Source: Nemertoderma westbladi (lineage: Eukaryota > Animalia > Xenacoelomorpha). From it: 64,000 bases of DNA. A program made the position numbers and the translations under genes. The stretch is taken from contig JAUCBJ010000795.1 of NCBI GenBank assembly GCA_032718475.1, positions 1 through 64,000 of the forward strand, read 5' to 3'. Numbering within the stretch: position 1 is the first letter of the stretch; every line of letters begins with the position of its first letter. This document shows positions 12,745-24,899 of the stretch, piece by piece. The notes below the pieces were generated by a model. It did no database searches. It was given only the letters and a program-made list of their open reading frames with translations, and was not told the origin of the DNA.

Positions 12745-13460
12745 TTAAGGCCGGAGTGGAGCACCCCCCCCCCCCCCCCCCCTTAACACTTTTTTTAATG
12801 TTTACAATTTCTACTGAAATTAAAATATTTAGATTTTATACAGTATGAGCTGTTAAAATATATGTGGCTAAACAATTGATTTTTCAAAAAATTTTCAAAT
12901 TTCCAGTCACCCTCTAGCGGCCATTGAATGAAACAAGATTTGCGGTTAAAATTCTACTAGTCATTAAATTTTAGGTGAAATTGTCTGAAACCAATTTTTT
13001 TCGAATTACACAAATTTTGCCTTTTTATGAAAATTAATTACGTAATATTTATTAATATTTGGCAAAATTTTAACAATGTCATTCCAAGATAATTACGTTC
13101 AAAGTTTAAACCTTCAAGTCAGAACTGGCTGTCTGTGGTCTGGTTGGTTAATAATTTCTGGCATGATAGAAGCACATCACCGGGCTAAAACTTTCATTAT
13201 GGCGGTTTTCGGGGTCGCTGATTTAATTTTCGCTGATTGGTTTTAGATTTTGGTGGAATCTAGTCTGTCTGTCGGTTGTCTGTATGTCTTACAATTTTAC
13301 TGACAGACAGTCATACAGAAAATCAGCGATAACTCGAGAACTAGAAGAGTTTCCGCTAGGCGGTTTTCAGATTTGAAATCCTCATTAAATTCTGCTATGG
13401 ACAATCAAAAAAACACATATTTGAAATTTTGACATGGGGGGGTAGGGTACTCCCCCTTAA
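12745..13460. mobile_element. Probable TTAA-flanked (Kolobok-like) non-autonomous element
   Basis: Left end TTAAGG..GGAGT..C-run and right end G-run..ACTCCCCCTTAA. TIR similarity is only partial. Confidence 0.4.
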
Positions 13461-13555
13461 TACTCCTTAAATACCGGTAGTATATATTTATAATTTGCAC
13501 CACAATCGCAAGAACAGAAAAACAAAATGTTTCGTATATTTATATCAACACTTAC

Positions 13556-13686
13556 CCTCGGCGCATATGAAAGTCGAACAAGATATTCTCAAACTTTGAT
13601 TTATTCTCCTGATAGGTCTTGGGATCAACAGCGGACAGCTGTCGGATGCTCTCAGCCACAGCTGGCTTGATCTTTACTCGTGGCAT
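13556..13686 (-). CDS. ARID2: ARID2-like (PBAF subunit BAF200) coding exon 1
   Basis: Reverse strand reads ATG..MPRVKIKPAVAESIRQLSAVDPKTYQENKSKFENILFDFHMRRG, then GG|GTAAGT donor (phase 2). It resembles the ARID2 N-terminus (F..L..FH..RG). An AG 2 nt before the ATG allows an upstream UTR exon. Confidence 0.85.
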
Positions 13687-14313
13687 AACTATATTTACAT
13701 ATTTCAGTCAATCAAAGTCATATAAATAAACTACAAACTATATAGGCCTATAAATAACTGTACCGGTCCGGTATATAACAGAATAATAGTACGGGACGGT
13801 ACGGTACCGGTAATCATGAATCCAGAATTTCTTAAAATACGCAGGTCATAAAATACCGGTATTAAGAAAAATCCTGGTGCTGTGCTGGCCCTGCTGTGTC
13901 CAGGTGTTGGTGATTTTTAACCTTATTTTGTGTTTAAAAAACATGAATAAAATGAACACCACTGGTAGGCCTATTTAGGCCTATTACATAACAGAACTAT
14001 TGATTTATTTGTGGCGGCGGCTGTACATTTTAAAAATATTTCGCAATAATTAATAAATTTGCTTAAATTTGTAGTCTACAATATTACTGTATTACGTTTA
14101 CGTACGTTACTTTAAGTACCGTAGGTATTTACTCTGTTACTGCAGGATGCTGGAATGGTACTGTGGTTGAGCGTTGAGGGTGAGGTAGAACTGTAGAAGC
14201 GTCGAGGGCGGAATTAATGAATTGTATACTGCACTACTGCATACTGCCAGACTGCTGTTAGATTGAACTAAATACTGAAATAGCCTACCGGTATAGTAAT
14301 AGTACACCATCTG

Positions 14314-15376
14314 ACCATGCCCGGAATATAGTGTCGTAAATTCAATTACACGACCCCCCCCCCCCCCTGCCCCCCCCCCCCCCCCCCCCCCCCCCCTCAT
14401 ACAGTCATAATTTTGCTACAAATCTTAATGCTGTAGGCCTAATGCAGTAATGAGATTGCATGAACCGAGAGTTTCACTTCCTGGCCACTCAGTGGGTGAG
14501 CCATAATTTTTATTTTTGCTTTCAATCTTTAGCTTTTAGCTACTGAGCTACAAGCGTTTAAGAAGTGTCCCCGTGATTAGTATTTATTACATCCCAGTTA
14601 TTCTTCTACCGAATACTGGAATAGCTGTTTGTTGGTACCGGTACCGATCTAAAGCTGACATGCAAGGATTCCAAATATGTAAAAATATTAGAATTTGGTT
14701 GGGAAATAGCTGAGGTATGGACGTTCAAAAGTTGTATCCTCTATCAGTCTATGGTTTGGATATGCACCTGCTCTAGCCTCTAGGCAGTTTTATATTTATT
14801 CTACATATTCTAGAACATTTTGTTTATGTATGAATAGCTACTGGCTACTGTAATAGTAAGTATGATTAAAGTAAAGACATGTAATACATTGTTTGTTGCC
14901 CAGCTAGGTATTGGATAAACAAAATCTTCCAGAATATGGCGCATTTATTAAATATAATAATAAATGACCTGCAGGGTGAAATACATACAACTTACTAACG
15001 CGCATGCCATATCTCTCACCTCTATTTCCCAAGCATATTCAAATGTTTTTGTTACCTATTTGGCAGTTTGGAATCCTTGCATGGCTAGCTTTCCATTCGG
15101 TACCACCATACCTAGAATACCATAGCTAGAAGAATAACTGAGGTGGGACTGGTGAAATATCACCGGATACACTTTATTTAAAAGCTTGTCTGCTTGTAGA
15201 TAAAGATTGAAAGTATAAAATGTTGACTCACCCGCTGAGTGGACCTGGACAGTAAGTGAAACTCTCTCTGTTTCAAATTTTATGCAATGCCAATAAATCA
15301 AGAGAAAAATTAGGGGGGTGGGGGGGGGGGGTCGGTTCGTGTCAATGAATTACGACACTATATTCCGAGGCATGGT
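14314..15376. mobile_element. Non-autonomous TIR DNA transposon just upstream of ARID2
   Basis: ACCATGCCCGGAATATAGTGTCGTAA...C-run pairs with G-run...TTACGACACTATATTCCGAGGCATGGT. An inner inverted pair ATGCAAGGATTCCAAA lies at about 14660 and 15067. Confidence 0.8.
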
Positions 15377-16139
15377 GTAATACAGTAATATTGGTGTATA
15401 ACCAGAACACATAACAGCAACAATTAGGTCAAACTACGAGTCCCTGACACCCATACAGCCCTAAATTAAGCTTTGGCTGTTTGGGCTTTACTGCTTTATG
15501 GCAAAATTGTTGGAAATTCCGCTAAATTTCTTAGATTATACTTGGTATTGGTTTAATGGTGCTCAAAGTATAACTTAAGGTTAGGTGTACAAGACAGTAT
15601 TAAATATGGTCGAGGCCTGACTAGACCAAACCCTTAGTAAAATAATAAACCAAATATACACATAATACACTAGCCTTCATACAGTCATAGGCCATACTGC
15701 AATAGCCTATAATATCAATTCACTGTACAAACTCGTAAATTAATCAATCAGTGGCGTGTCGAGGGGTTTATAGCCATCCAGGCTTAAAAAAAGGGGGGGG
15801 GGGGGGGGGGGGGGGCAAGGAAAGCCATTTGATTTTTTTGTCCATTACCACGGCCTTCTAAAAACTTGTAGAAGGCAGCACACCACTACCACTACTAACA
15901 CTACATGACACTAGAACTACTGTCAGACTGTAGGTAAATGATCAACTTAATGGCATATTGGTAAATGTGGTCGTGGACCATTAAATCGATGTGTTTACAG
16001 TTTTACACAAATTAAATTAGGCCTAAACTAAATTAAAATTCATGCAAAATTCATTCATTCATTCAACCAAATTCATGCAAATTCATTTTTTCATACCTGT
16101 GGCTGACAGTCCTTCCTTTGTTTTATCGTTTAATTAAAT

Positions 16140-16480
16140 TAAACTGTTAAATAGGCAAATAATTTTATTAAACAGGCAAATAATTTTATTAAACAGGTAA
16201 ATAATTTTATTAAAAAGGCAAATAATTTTATTAAACAGGCAAATAATTTTATTAAACAGGCAAATAATTTTATTCGACAGGCAAATAATTTTATTAAACT
16301 CAGGCACATAGCCTAGTGACATAATTTTATTAAATAGGCAAATAATTAAATTAAACAGGCAAATAATTTAATTAAGCAGGCAAATAGACCTAATTACAAA
16401 TTAGATTAAACTGTTAAATAAATAGGCCTAATTACAAATTAAATTAGGCAAATGTTAAATCGGCAAATAATTTTATTAGT
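16140..16480. repeat. 21-bp minisatellite AGGCAAATAATTTTATTAAAC
   Basis: About 10 clear units plus a degenerate tail. Confidence 0.95.
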
Positions 16481-16648
16481 GCTGTAGTGGGGTAACTGCA
16501 GAACTGGGTAGACCGAGGACGAGCTGACCTCGACCGGTAAGGGAACGGAACCGGTGCTGCGGTGAAGTGACTGACAATTATTTGGCTAGGTCTCATATGT
16601 CAGTACGGCGTACGGTATGTGTCAAGTTGTCCGGCAGTCCGTGCCCGG

Positions 16649-18557
16649 CCAGGTTGGAATTCATGCATGAGCGCGCAGGTACGCTTTGTTGTTTTGAAAT
16701 CACCGCGCACCTGAAATTGGCTCGTCGCGCACCTCATCATATGTCATAATCCAAACAAAATCGCGCAGCTCATGTCATGCATATCTCAAAAAATCGCACA
16801 GTTCATAAGAACAATTTTACATTCCTATTTTACAAGTTTGAGCGTTTTAAGCTTATCTTTACGTCTGTCTGTCTGTACGTTGAATCTAGGCTTACATAAT
16901 AAATGTAATTTTTGCAACATCAAAATTGTTAATATTAAAAAATATTTTTTTAATCCACTACTATGGTAGCCCATCGGGCTCACTGCTTTTATAACAGAAA
17001 ATATTATTTTAGATTACAAACAAAACATGTACCGGTAATTTCAAAAAAACGAATATTGAAATAGGTACCAGTCTGCCAATAATACTTTGTATAGGCCTAC
17101 CTAACAATTAGGCTTAAACATACAGTTGGCTTATAATTAAGTCATACTTATAATACATTGTTACTTTCTGACTTTACCTGTTTACTAACGTAACATCGGC
17201 ATAGCATAGACCTAATAACAATACAACAATAGAGTAGGCCTACTGTAGTTAAAATAAATAGACAAATTCAGCTCCGGTTGCCGGTATTACAGTATTGAAG
17301 TTGAAGTTGAAGTTTTTTATTAACATTGTACATAAGCCATATAAAATGTAAGACATATAAAACATAACATAATACACTAATAACCGGCATAATTTGGAAT
17401 CGACTATAATATTATAATTTAAAAAAAGGAATAGTGCATAGTTCATAAATAAAATATAGAATATCTTGTAGACATACAATGTTAGGGATAGCTCCATGAG
17501 GATAAACCTCGTTTCCATGGAGGTCCCTTTAAAAAGCACAGCATTAAAGTGAGAGCAGCGTGTAAATTACTTAAAAATAACAAATTAATTTGATAAAATA
17601 TCCGAATGGTATTACAACTAGCTAGTAAATATTAGATTAAGAACAATCGGGTATTAAACATAGTGGGAAGTCCTGTATGTGCACTAAATAAAATCACAAC
17701 ATTTTGAGGGTATAAGTAGGAATTACATAATGTGTAAGTAGGAATTACATAAATTTATTTATAAATTAAAATTAAATATTTAAGAATGCGTACAATATGA
17801 AAAAGTGAATTAAAATTAGTGTTACAAAGTGCGCGATAGACAACACATGAAGTAAAATTAATTATTTAGACTAAAGATTGGCGCGATAGAAAAAAAGAGT
17901 GAAACAGGCGAATATGGAACACCAAAACCTAGAAGTAAGTTCAATTAAAATAAATATAAATTAATAAAATAAAATAAAATAAAATAAGCACCAAGCATTC
18001 AGACTGGAAAATAGTTAATGTATTTAATCTACAGTATCTTAAAACCCCATACCGAATCCAAAATTAATAAAATAAATAAGAAAACATTACAATTTGGCTA
18101 AAAAAAACCGTCTGGTGACTACAGTATCTATATTATTTACAACGCTAAATATGTTAATAAATTACAATTGAACTAAAAAATAAAAATAAATTTTTGAAAT
18201 GTCAGACAAATACATTCTGTGTAGATCACTGATAAAACTGCCGAATAACTGAATAATATTTACAATTGCCAGATTGAATGCCAGAATGAATTGTATTATG
18301 GTGAAGTGATTTGACTGTTTGAAGAATTGGAAATGAGAAACTAATGCGAGCGCAGCGAGCGAATTTTTTTTGTGTATTTTCGTGATTTCAATTAATTTGT
18401 GGTGCGCATCAGAGGCAGAGCTGCGCGCTGAGGCGCAACGCGCACCTGTCTCACACCCGAACGCGCACCTGTCTCACCCAAACGCGCAACGCGCATCTGG
18501 TTTGCGGTCATTCGCGCAGGTACGCGTCCGAGTTTTGCAGCATGAATTCCAACCTGG
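16649..18557. mobile_element. Non-autonomous hAT-type element
   Basis: Perfect 18-bp TIR CCAGGTTGGAATTCATGC and perfect 8-bp TSD GTGCCCGG (16641-16648 and 18558-18565). CGCGCA subterminal repeats, no transposase. Confidence 0.9.
17294..17540 (-). mobile_element. Possible LINE 3' end nested in the hAT element
   Basis: On the minus strand, AATAAA is followed by (CAACTT)3, with an upstream hairpin (AGGGA..CTCCATG..CATGGAG.TCCCT). Confidence 0.35.
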
Positions 18558-21182
18558 GTGCCCGGTACCATAACTAGCTGATTAGAAAGTAGAAACTAGT
18601 TAACTGTATGTATACTAGCGTACATTCGTGTTGCACTCTACGCCTACACCACTTCCTGACTTCACTGGCAACTAGGAAATACATTATTTCTACATTATTT
18701 TAATTAAATAAACCTACATTACATAATATCCTTATTTTATTAAACACTGCTTATTTTAAGAATAAAACTAATAACTTTAGCTTAAATTATTTTATTTTAT
18801 TAAATTTTGAAGTATTTTTATATTTTAATGTGCTGTTTGTTTCTATTTTGAAGATCACTATCATATTTTAATTTATTTTATGTAGGGCCTATTTTAAAAA
18901 CAATAACTTACATACTTATTTTATATCGTGTGTATGTACTGATGTATAGTATACTGTATGCATGGTATGTATATTAATATTTGATTATTCAGATACGGCC
19001 TCTTCCCCTCCTCTATCCTCAGTCACTCAGTGACCCTTGTATTTTCGCCACCCTCTCTGTGATTTTTCGCCCCCTTCTTTGGCTCACTGGGGGGGGGGGG
19101 GCTGCCTATTTTAAGGGGTCTCAGTAAAAGACCCTAATAATCTACGATATCCCACGGGTCAACACTCAACAGTAGTAGATTGCCAGCAGCAGCAGCAGAG
19201 CAGGCTAAACAATCAATTAAAAGTAACTAATACCTTACATGTAAAATGCATAAAGACAATAAGATCATCAACTAAAACTACGGTAGCCTGGAATAAACTA
19301 CAATTAAACAACCACTCAGAAAACAGGAACAACAGAATAACATACCGCACACCACTGGCTTCCACCGCAGGGTAAGGGAAGCAAGGGTGGCCAAAATTAT
19401 CCTGAATACATTTGAATTGCGCCATCTTTCAACACCAGTGGTCGGCTAGCCATAGCTAAGCTAAACAACTGGTGGCTAAAGCACTGCAGATTCGGAGACA
19501 AGAAATAGCTCTTGCGTACTCTTCCTACAAACTATAGGCTATCCAAAATGTAAAAGAACTCTACACTGCCAGCCAGTAGATCAGCTCACAAGAGGGATCT
19601 CCAAGAAATATGTGCTGGAATAGCTTGTACCGAAACTCAGAAATACCAACTATATTGCAGGGTAAAATATTGCCGGCAATGAGATAGTTAGAATAGCACG
19701 GTATTATGAGATGGAGGGAGAATTCTGTTATGTGATTCAGTCTTGGCCTGCCTGGGTACAGCCACAACCAACCAGGATGTTTGATATTGCCAACCTTTTC
19801 AGCTAGCTAAGTAATAGTTTGGACTCCTTGCGTTGGCTTGTATAATGCAGAGTGAGCTGTTGTGTGTTCAGGCAATGGTAAATTATCTTAAGGTTTTCCA
19901 ATTTTAAACTACATGAATTAGAGAAATTAATACGCATTATCCATCTCCCATAAACCTGTTGATAAGTTTAGTATATTTTTTTTGAATTTTATATAAATGC
20001 ACCATCATAATTTCTAATTTTCTCCATATAACCGGGGGCAAGTCGCACAAGAAGGCTTGGCTTGCATCTATACCCAGTAATTTGTCTCCCTGGCAACACA
20101 GTAATAGGAATCACTGGCCTTCTATTGGCTGTGCTGCCCTGGCAATTTACTCAAAGAGGAACACAACACCTACAAGTATGGGGCAAGCCACATAGTGAGA
20201 AAAACGTTAACATAAATACCCCACTTCGTACTTACAAAGTGAATATCGTTTATTTTATAATGGAAATATTTATATATTAGCTTTAGTATGATTGAGTATT
20301 TACTATTTATGCTTTGGTTATTGTGCTTTATTATTTATATTTTTATAAATATAAATATATATAAATGTTGGAACTTTAGAATATATGTTCGGCCGTAATA
20401 ATGATAAGTTAAATAGTTTAAGTAGTTATATTAGTGACGTTAATATAAGACAGAACAAATGATGTGCGTCCTTTCCATGTTAAGTTACTATCCAAAAATA
20501 AGCCCAGATAATTTACAAGTTACGCTTAAGTAACTCGTGATTCTTAATTTTAACTTTTGGAGCTGAATCAGTTGCCTTATTTGTAAATAAACAATAAACT
20601 GTTTTAGACATATTTTAGTGATAGCTTATTTGCTGCGAGCCATTGTGTTCATCAATATTTTCAAGTTCGAAGTTAATAATGTCTACAAGATTATGATTAC
20701 GAATTGTTTATGTCCGGCGTCCGGGCATACTAGTGCCCGAGCGTTCGGACATCCGGGCGACTTATAGATTCTATTATATTATTGAGTTGAGTTGAGTTGA
20801 GTTGAGTTTATTTATTCCTCAATAAAAACGAAATAATTCATGAGTAATTGCACAGCAGACTGTAATCTGCTGGGTACTGTGTGGGTGGTCCTCCACTATA
20901 GCAAATCGCTAGTTCAGCTTCGGAACACCCACATACCATGGAGGAAAAGGGGTGTTTGTATATATTTTAGAACACATGACTAAGACCTAATGTAACTGTT
21001 GTTGACTGAAATTGTGGCAGCATAAATAGTATGTCAAACATTAAAATATAATTGGCAAATGCAATGGTATGTAAAATCAGTTGTTGTGAGTGTATATATT
21101 ATTACTGGTTTGTAAAAATATAAAATCGAGTTTGGCTGGTAATACTGATCTGAAATGAAATCTATGGCAGTATCTTGTAATT

Positions 21183-24100
21183 TTAAGAGATTTTGAGCAA
21201 GTAATTCTTAAGTTTTAATTTAAAGATATTCAGACTGGAGCTGCTACGGATATTTTGTGGCAAGGAGTTCCAGAGTAAAGGGCCTTGAACAGATACAGAC
21301 TGGTGACGGACAATAAGACGGACATGTGGCAGGTGGTACAGACCAGCGGAGGCAGAGCGGGTGTTGTAGGAGTGCACTGAAGAAGCCCTGGTGAACAAGT
21401 GGGAAAGAGGGTGGGAGGGGTTACTATGAATATCGTACATTAGTGAGAGGACCTGGAATTGGAAAAGTTGATCTATAGGTAGTATACGTAGTTGTTGGTA
21501 GATTGGAAAGGCGGAGGACCGGTGGTGGCTAAACGTAATACATCGTAGAATTTTATTTAGTTTTGTTCGCAAAGGTTTGGTGATGGTATTGTAGGTGCCA
21601 CCCCAGACAATGAGACCATAGTAGATGTATGGATATATTAACGAGTAAAAGAGCATCCGTAAAATCTGTGGGCTGAGAATATGACGTAATTTATAGAAAA
21701 GACCTCCGGTTCTAGAGATCTTTTTAAGAATGTAGCTTATGTGATTGCGGAATGTTAAATTATTGTCGATAATTATACCTAGGTACTTAAATGCAGATGT
21801 AAATTTTATTGGTTGACTATTAATGGATAGACCGTGAGATTGAGATTGGAATCTGGAGTTTTTAAATATGGAGTATTCTGTCTTATCAATATTTAACGTT
21901 AGTCGGTTGTCACATAGCCAGTCATAGAGCAGGTTAGCGTCGTAATTCATGGAGTCGATTAGAGGAGTCAGATGGCGGTGTCGTCGCATGAGAGTGGTGT
22001 CATCGGCAAAGAGAGTCGCGAGGGAGGATGTGCAGTTAGGTAAGTCATTTATATAAAGAAGAAAAAGGACTGGCCCGAGAACCGACCCTTGTGGGATACC
22101 ACATGAAATGGACCTGAGAGAGGATATAGTGTTATCTATAGATACGCACTGCCTACGGTTGGTAAGATAATCAGAAAATAGTGAAAAGGGCGTGCCACGG
22201 ATACCGTACATTTGTACTTTGCTAAGTAGGATAGAAAAATTAAGCGTGTCGAACGCCTTTTTCAAATCAATTAGTAGTAAACAAGAAGAATCGTAATTAT
22301 CAAGAGCTTCACGTAATGACTCTACAATGTTTATAACAGCCATGGACGTAGTGTATTTCTTACGAAAGCCGAACTGATTAGGGGAAATAATTTTAAATTT
22401 TTCCAGATAGGATATTAATTGAGAATATATAACAGATTCATAGATTTTATGAAATACTGAAAGTAAAGAGATGGGCCTATAGTTGGTAGTCAGGAAGGGG
22501 TCGCCACCTTTATAAACTGGGATAACTTTGGATACCTTAATAGAATTAGGAAAGTGGCCTTGATTTATGCTTAGATTAATTAGGTAGGCTAAATGAGTTG
22601 CTATAATAGGTGCGGCTAATTTAACAAGGTGTACAGGGAAATCGTCATTGGATGAAGCACTGTCGCGTAAAGTAAGTAAATTGTAGTGTACCTCTACAGC
22701 GGAAGTTTCTGTGAGTACAAGAGAGTTAGATTTAGAATGTTGAATATGTCGAGTCGGGCTGCGTGATGTGGTTGGCAGTTTAGAAGCTAATTTTGGTCCT
22801 ATGGTAGAAAAGAAATCGTTAAAGTGGTTAGCTATATCAGATGAGGAAGTCACACTATAATTAGAACCGTTGTTAGATATATTTAAACGTTTTGGAACAG
22901 AAGATTTACTAGATCGGTTAAGTAGATTATTAATAGTTTTCCAGGTTTTGCGCATATTATTTGAATTATTTGTAAACTCCGAAGTATAATATTGTTTCTC
23001 GGCAGACCTAAGTAGACTAGTTAGCTTGTTACGGTATAATTTAAAGATGTTGTGATTTTCAGAGGTTGGGTGTTTGACGGACTTTGCGTAAAGTAAGTTC
23101 TTTTTGCGGATCGCCAATAGTAAACCATTGGATAACCACGGTTTTTTAGAGACTGACTTTTTATTAAGTGCCTTGCGTGGTAGATTTGTGGTACAAGTAG
23201 CCGTAAATTCTGAGTAGAAGTTATCGAATTTGTCTTTATCAGAAACTGGTACAGTCGAAGTTTTGTAAGTCCACTGCTTATTGTACAGGTCTTTCAGAAA
23301 TTTGGTTTTATCGAATTGGCTATAGTCATACACATATTTGGTCTCCGGAGGTCGGAAAAAAGTAGAATAGTTAGAAAGAACGAGAAAAGTTGCTAGATGA
23401 TCGGATGTGCCAGTTTCAGTTAGGAAGACACCCGGGGAGCAAATAGATGAATGGATATTAGTAATAACGTGGTCAATGAGGGTCTTAGAGTGAGTAGTTA
23501 TACGGGTTGGTTGCTGTATTGTTTGGGTAAAACCGTTAGATGAAATTATATTTAGATAGTCTCGGGCATTGGGTTTGGTTGACTTTATGAGGTCTATATT
23601 TATATCACCGGTAATAATTACATCATGTTTAGTAGCTGCCAGTTTTGTTAAGGAGTCATTTAGTTTAGTAGCAAATGAGTCGTAAGATATTTCGTCGGGA
23701 CGATAGATACAACCTATAATTAGTGGTCTACTCGGATGTGGACGAGAAATTTCTACCCAGGAGTTTTCCGGACCAGGAAAGTGTAGATCAGGACGTTCGA
23801 CCATCTCCAGTTCACTCCGGACATAGATCGCTGTGCCTCCCCTGGTCAGCTTACCATACTCCCGGAAGTCACATACAGGGTTCTTATAACCATCAATGCA
23901 TATGTTGTTAATGGGGTGGTCCTTAGTGAGGAAAGTTTCGGAAACTGACAAAATATCGAATTTGTTATTGAGCGTTGATAAGAAATCTGTAACTGCCGTA
24001 AAATTTGAATTTAGACTCCTGCAATTTAAATGAAAGACAGAGAAAGATGGGTTGGTAGTCTCACTAGTGAAAGTGTTGTTAAATTTTGCTTCATTGTAAT

Positions 24101-24470
24101 AGTTGCCAATAATTAAGTTTGAATTAACATTATCATCGGGATTAATAGAACTAAATATGTTGCCAGTAGCTTTATAATCAGAATCTGAAATGTCCTCGCT
24201 ATTTTCAGAACAGAATATATCAAGGTCATCATTAGATACAGGGTAAAAAGGAAATATACCTGCGTAACAAAAATTACAAAAATGTATTAGATTGTTCCCA
24301 GAGTTATTTGAAAAATCCTGGGCATCTAAGAATGAACCACATTGTCGATGGTAGTGCGTATTGCATAAGTTACAGAGGAATACTAGATCAAAATGATAAA
24401 ATTTAGAAAAACAGAAACCACAATTACAGTCAACACGGTCAGGGGGTGGGTTGTATCGCTGGCCGGACAT
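21183..24470 (-). CDS. LINE ORF2: PHD finger + APE endonuclease + reverse transcriptase
   Basis: 1095-aa open frame with HLNCRS, SET, GDINID, LIDH, SDH (APE) and NYRPIS, DLKKAFD, PQGSVLGP, FADD, YLG (RT). Confidence 0.97.
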   Translation of the reverse strand: MSGQRYNPPPDRVDCNCGFCFSKFYHFDLVFLCNLCNTHYHRQCGSFLDAQDFSNNSGNNLIHFCNFCYAGIFPFYPVSNDDLDIFCSENSEDISDSDYKATGNIFSSINPDDNVNSNLIIGNYYNEAKFNNTFTSETTNPSFSVFHLNCRSLNSNFTAVTDFLSTLNNKFDILSVSETFLTKDHPINNICIDGYKNPVCDFREYGKLTRGGTAIYVRSELEMVERPDLHFPGPENSWVEISRPHPSRPLIIGCIYRPDEISYDSFATKLNDSLTKLAATKHDVIITGDINIDLIKSTKPNARDYLNIISSNGFTQTIQQPTRITTHSKTLIDHVITNIHSSICSPGVFLTETGTSDHLATFLVLSNYSTFFRPPETKYVYDYSQFDKTKFLKDLYNKQWTYKTSTVPVSDKDKFDNFYSEFTATCTTNLPRKALNKKSVSKKPWLSNGLLLAIRKKNLLYAKSVKHPTSENHNIFKLYRNKLTSLLRSAEKQYYTSEFTNNSNNMRKTWKTINNLLNRSSKSSVPKRLNISNNGSNYSVTSSSDIANHFNDFFSTIGPKLASKLPTTSRSPTRHIQHSKSNSLVLTETSAVEVHYNLLTLRDSASSNDDFPVHLVKLAAPIIATHLAYLINLSINQGHFPNSIKVSKVIPVYKGGDPFLTTNYRPISLLSVFHKIYESVIYSQLISYLEKFKIISPNQFGFRKKYTTSMAVINIVESLREALDNYDSSCLLLIDLKKAFDTLNFSILLSKVQMYGIRGTPFSLFSDYLTNRRQCVSIDNTISSLRSISCGIPQGSVLGPVLFLLYINDLPNCTSSLATLFADDTTLMRRHRHLTPLIDSMNYDANLLYDWLCDNRLTLNIDKTEYSIFKNSRFQSQSHGLSINSQPIKFTSAFKYLGIIIDNNLTFRNHISYILKKISRTGGLFYKLRHILSPQILRMLFYSLIYPYIYYGLIVWGGTYNTITKPLRTKLNKILRCITFSHHRSSAFPIYQQLRILPIDQLFQFQVLSLMYDIHSNPSHPLSHLFTRASSVHSYNTRSASAGLYHLPHVRLIVRHQSVSVQGPLLWNSLPQNIRSSSSLNIFKLKLKNYLLKIS

Positions 24471-24899
24471 GCAATTTGTACAGGGACTTACTTGCCTAGA
24501 CTAGGAGGACTTCGGTGTTTAGATTAGGTTCCCCAGCAGATTGGTAGGTAATAAACATTATTACCTTAATAATAGGTAATCTACTTGGTGGATATCATAA
24601 GTTGATAAATGGTTCGGTATTAAAGAAGAAAATGATATGAAAATATGATAGGAAATGTTATAATGAGATGATATAAAGAAATGTATTAATAATTCGATAT
24701 ACCAAATAATATAACCAAGAAATATGATTAGTAAAGTTTATGAATAAGAATAATTTGACCGGGAACTTACATAAAATAAACTGAAATAAATGGTATGGGC
24801 TCCCTACCAGTCACCGAATAATTTGAATTTCTTTCATTCTGAAATGTTTATGAAGCTTTATAGTTTTATCTTTGTTAATGGTACGAGAAAATTAGGAAA

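Noticed and set aside
16134-16322. (NKIICLF)n ORF
   Set aside because: Translation of the 21-bp minisatellite.
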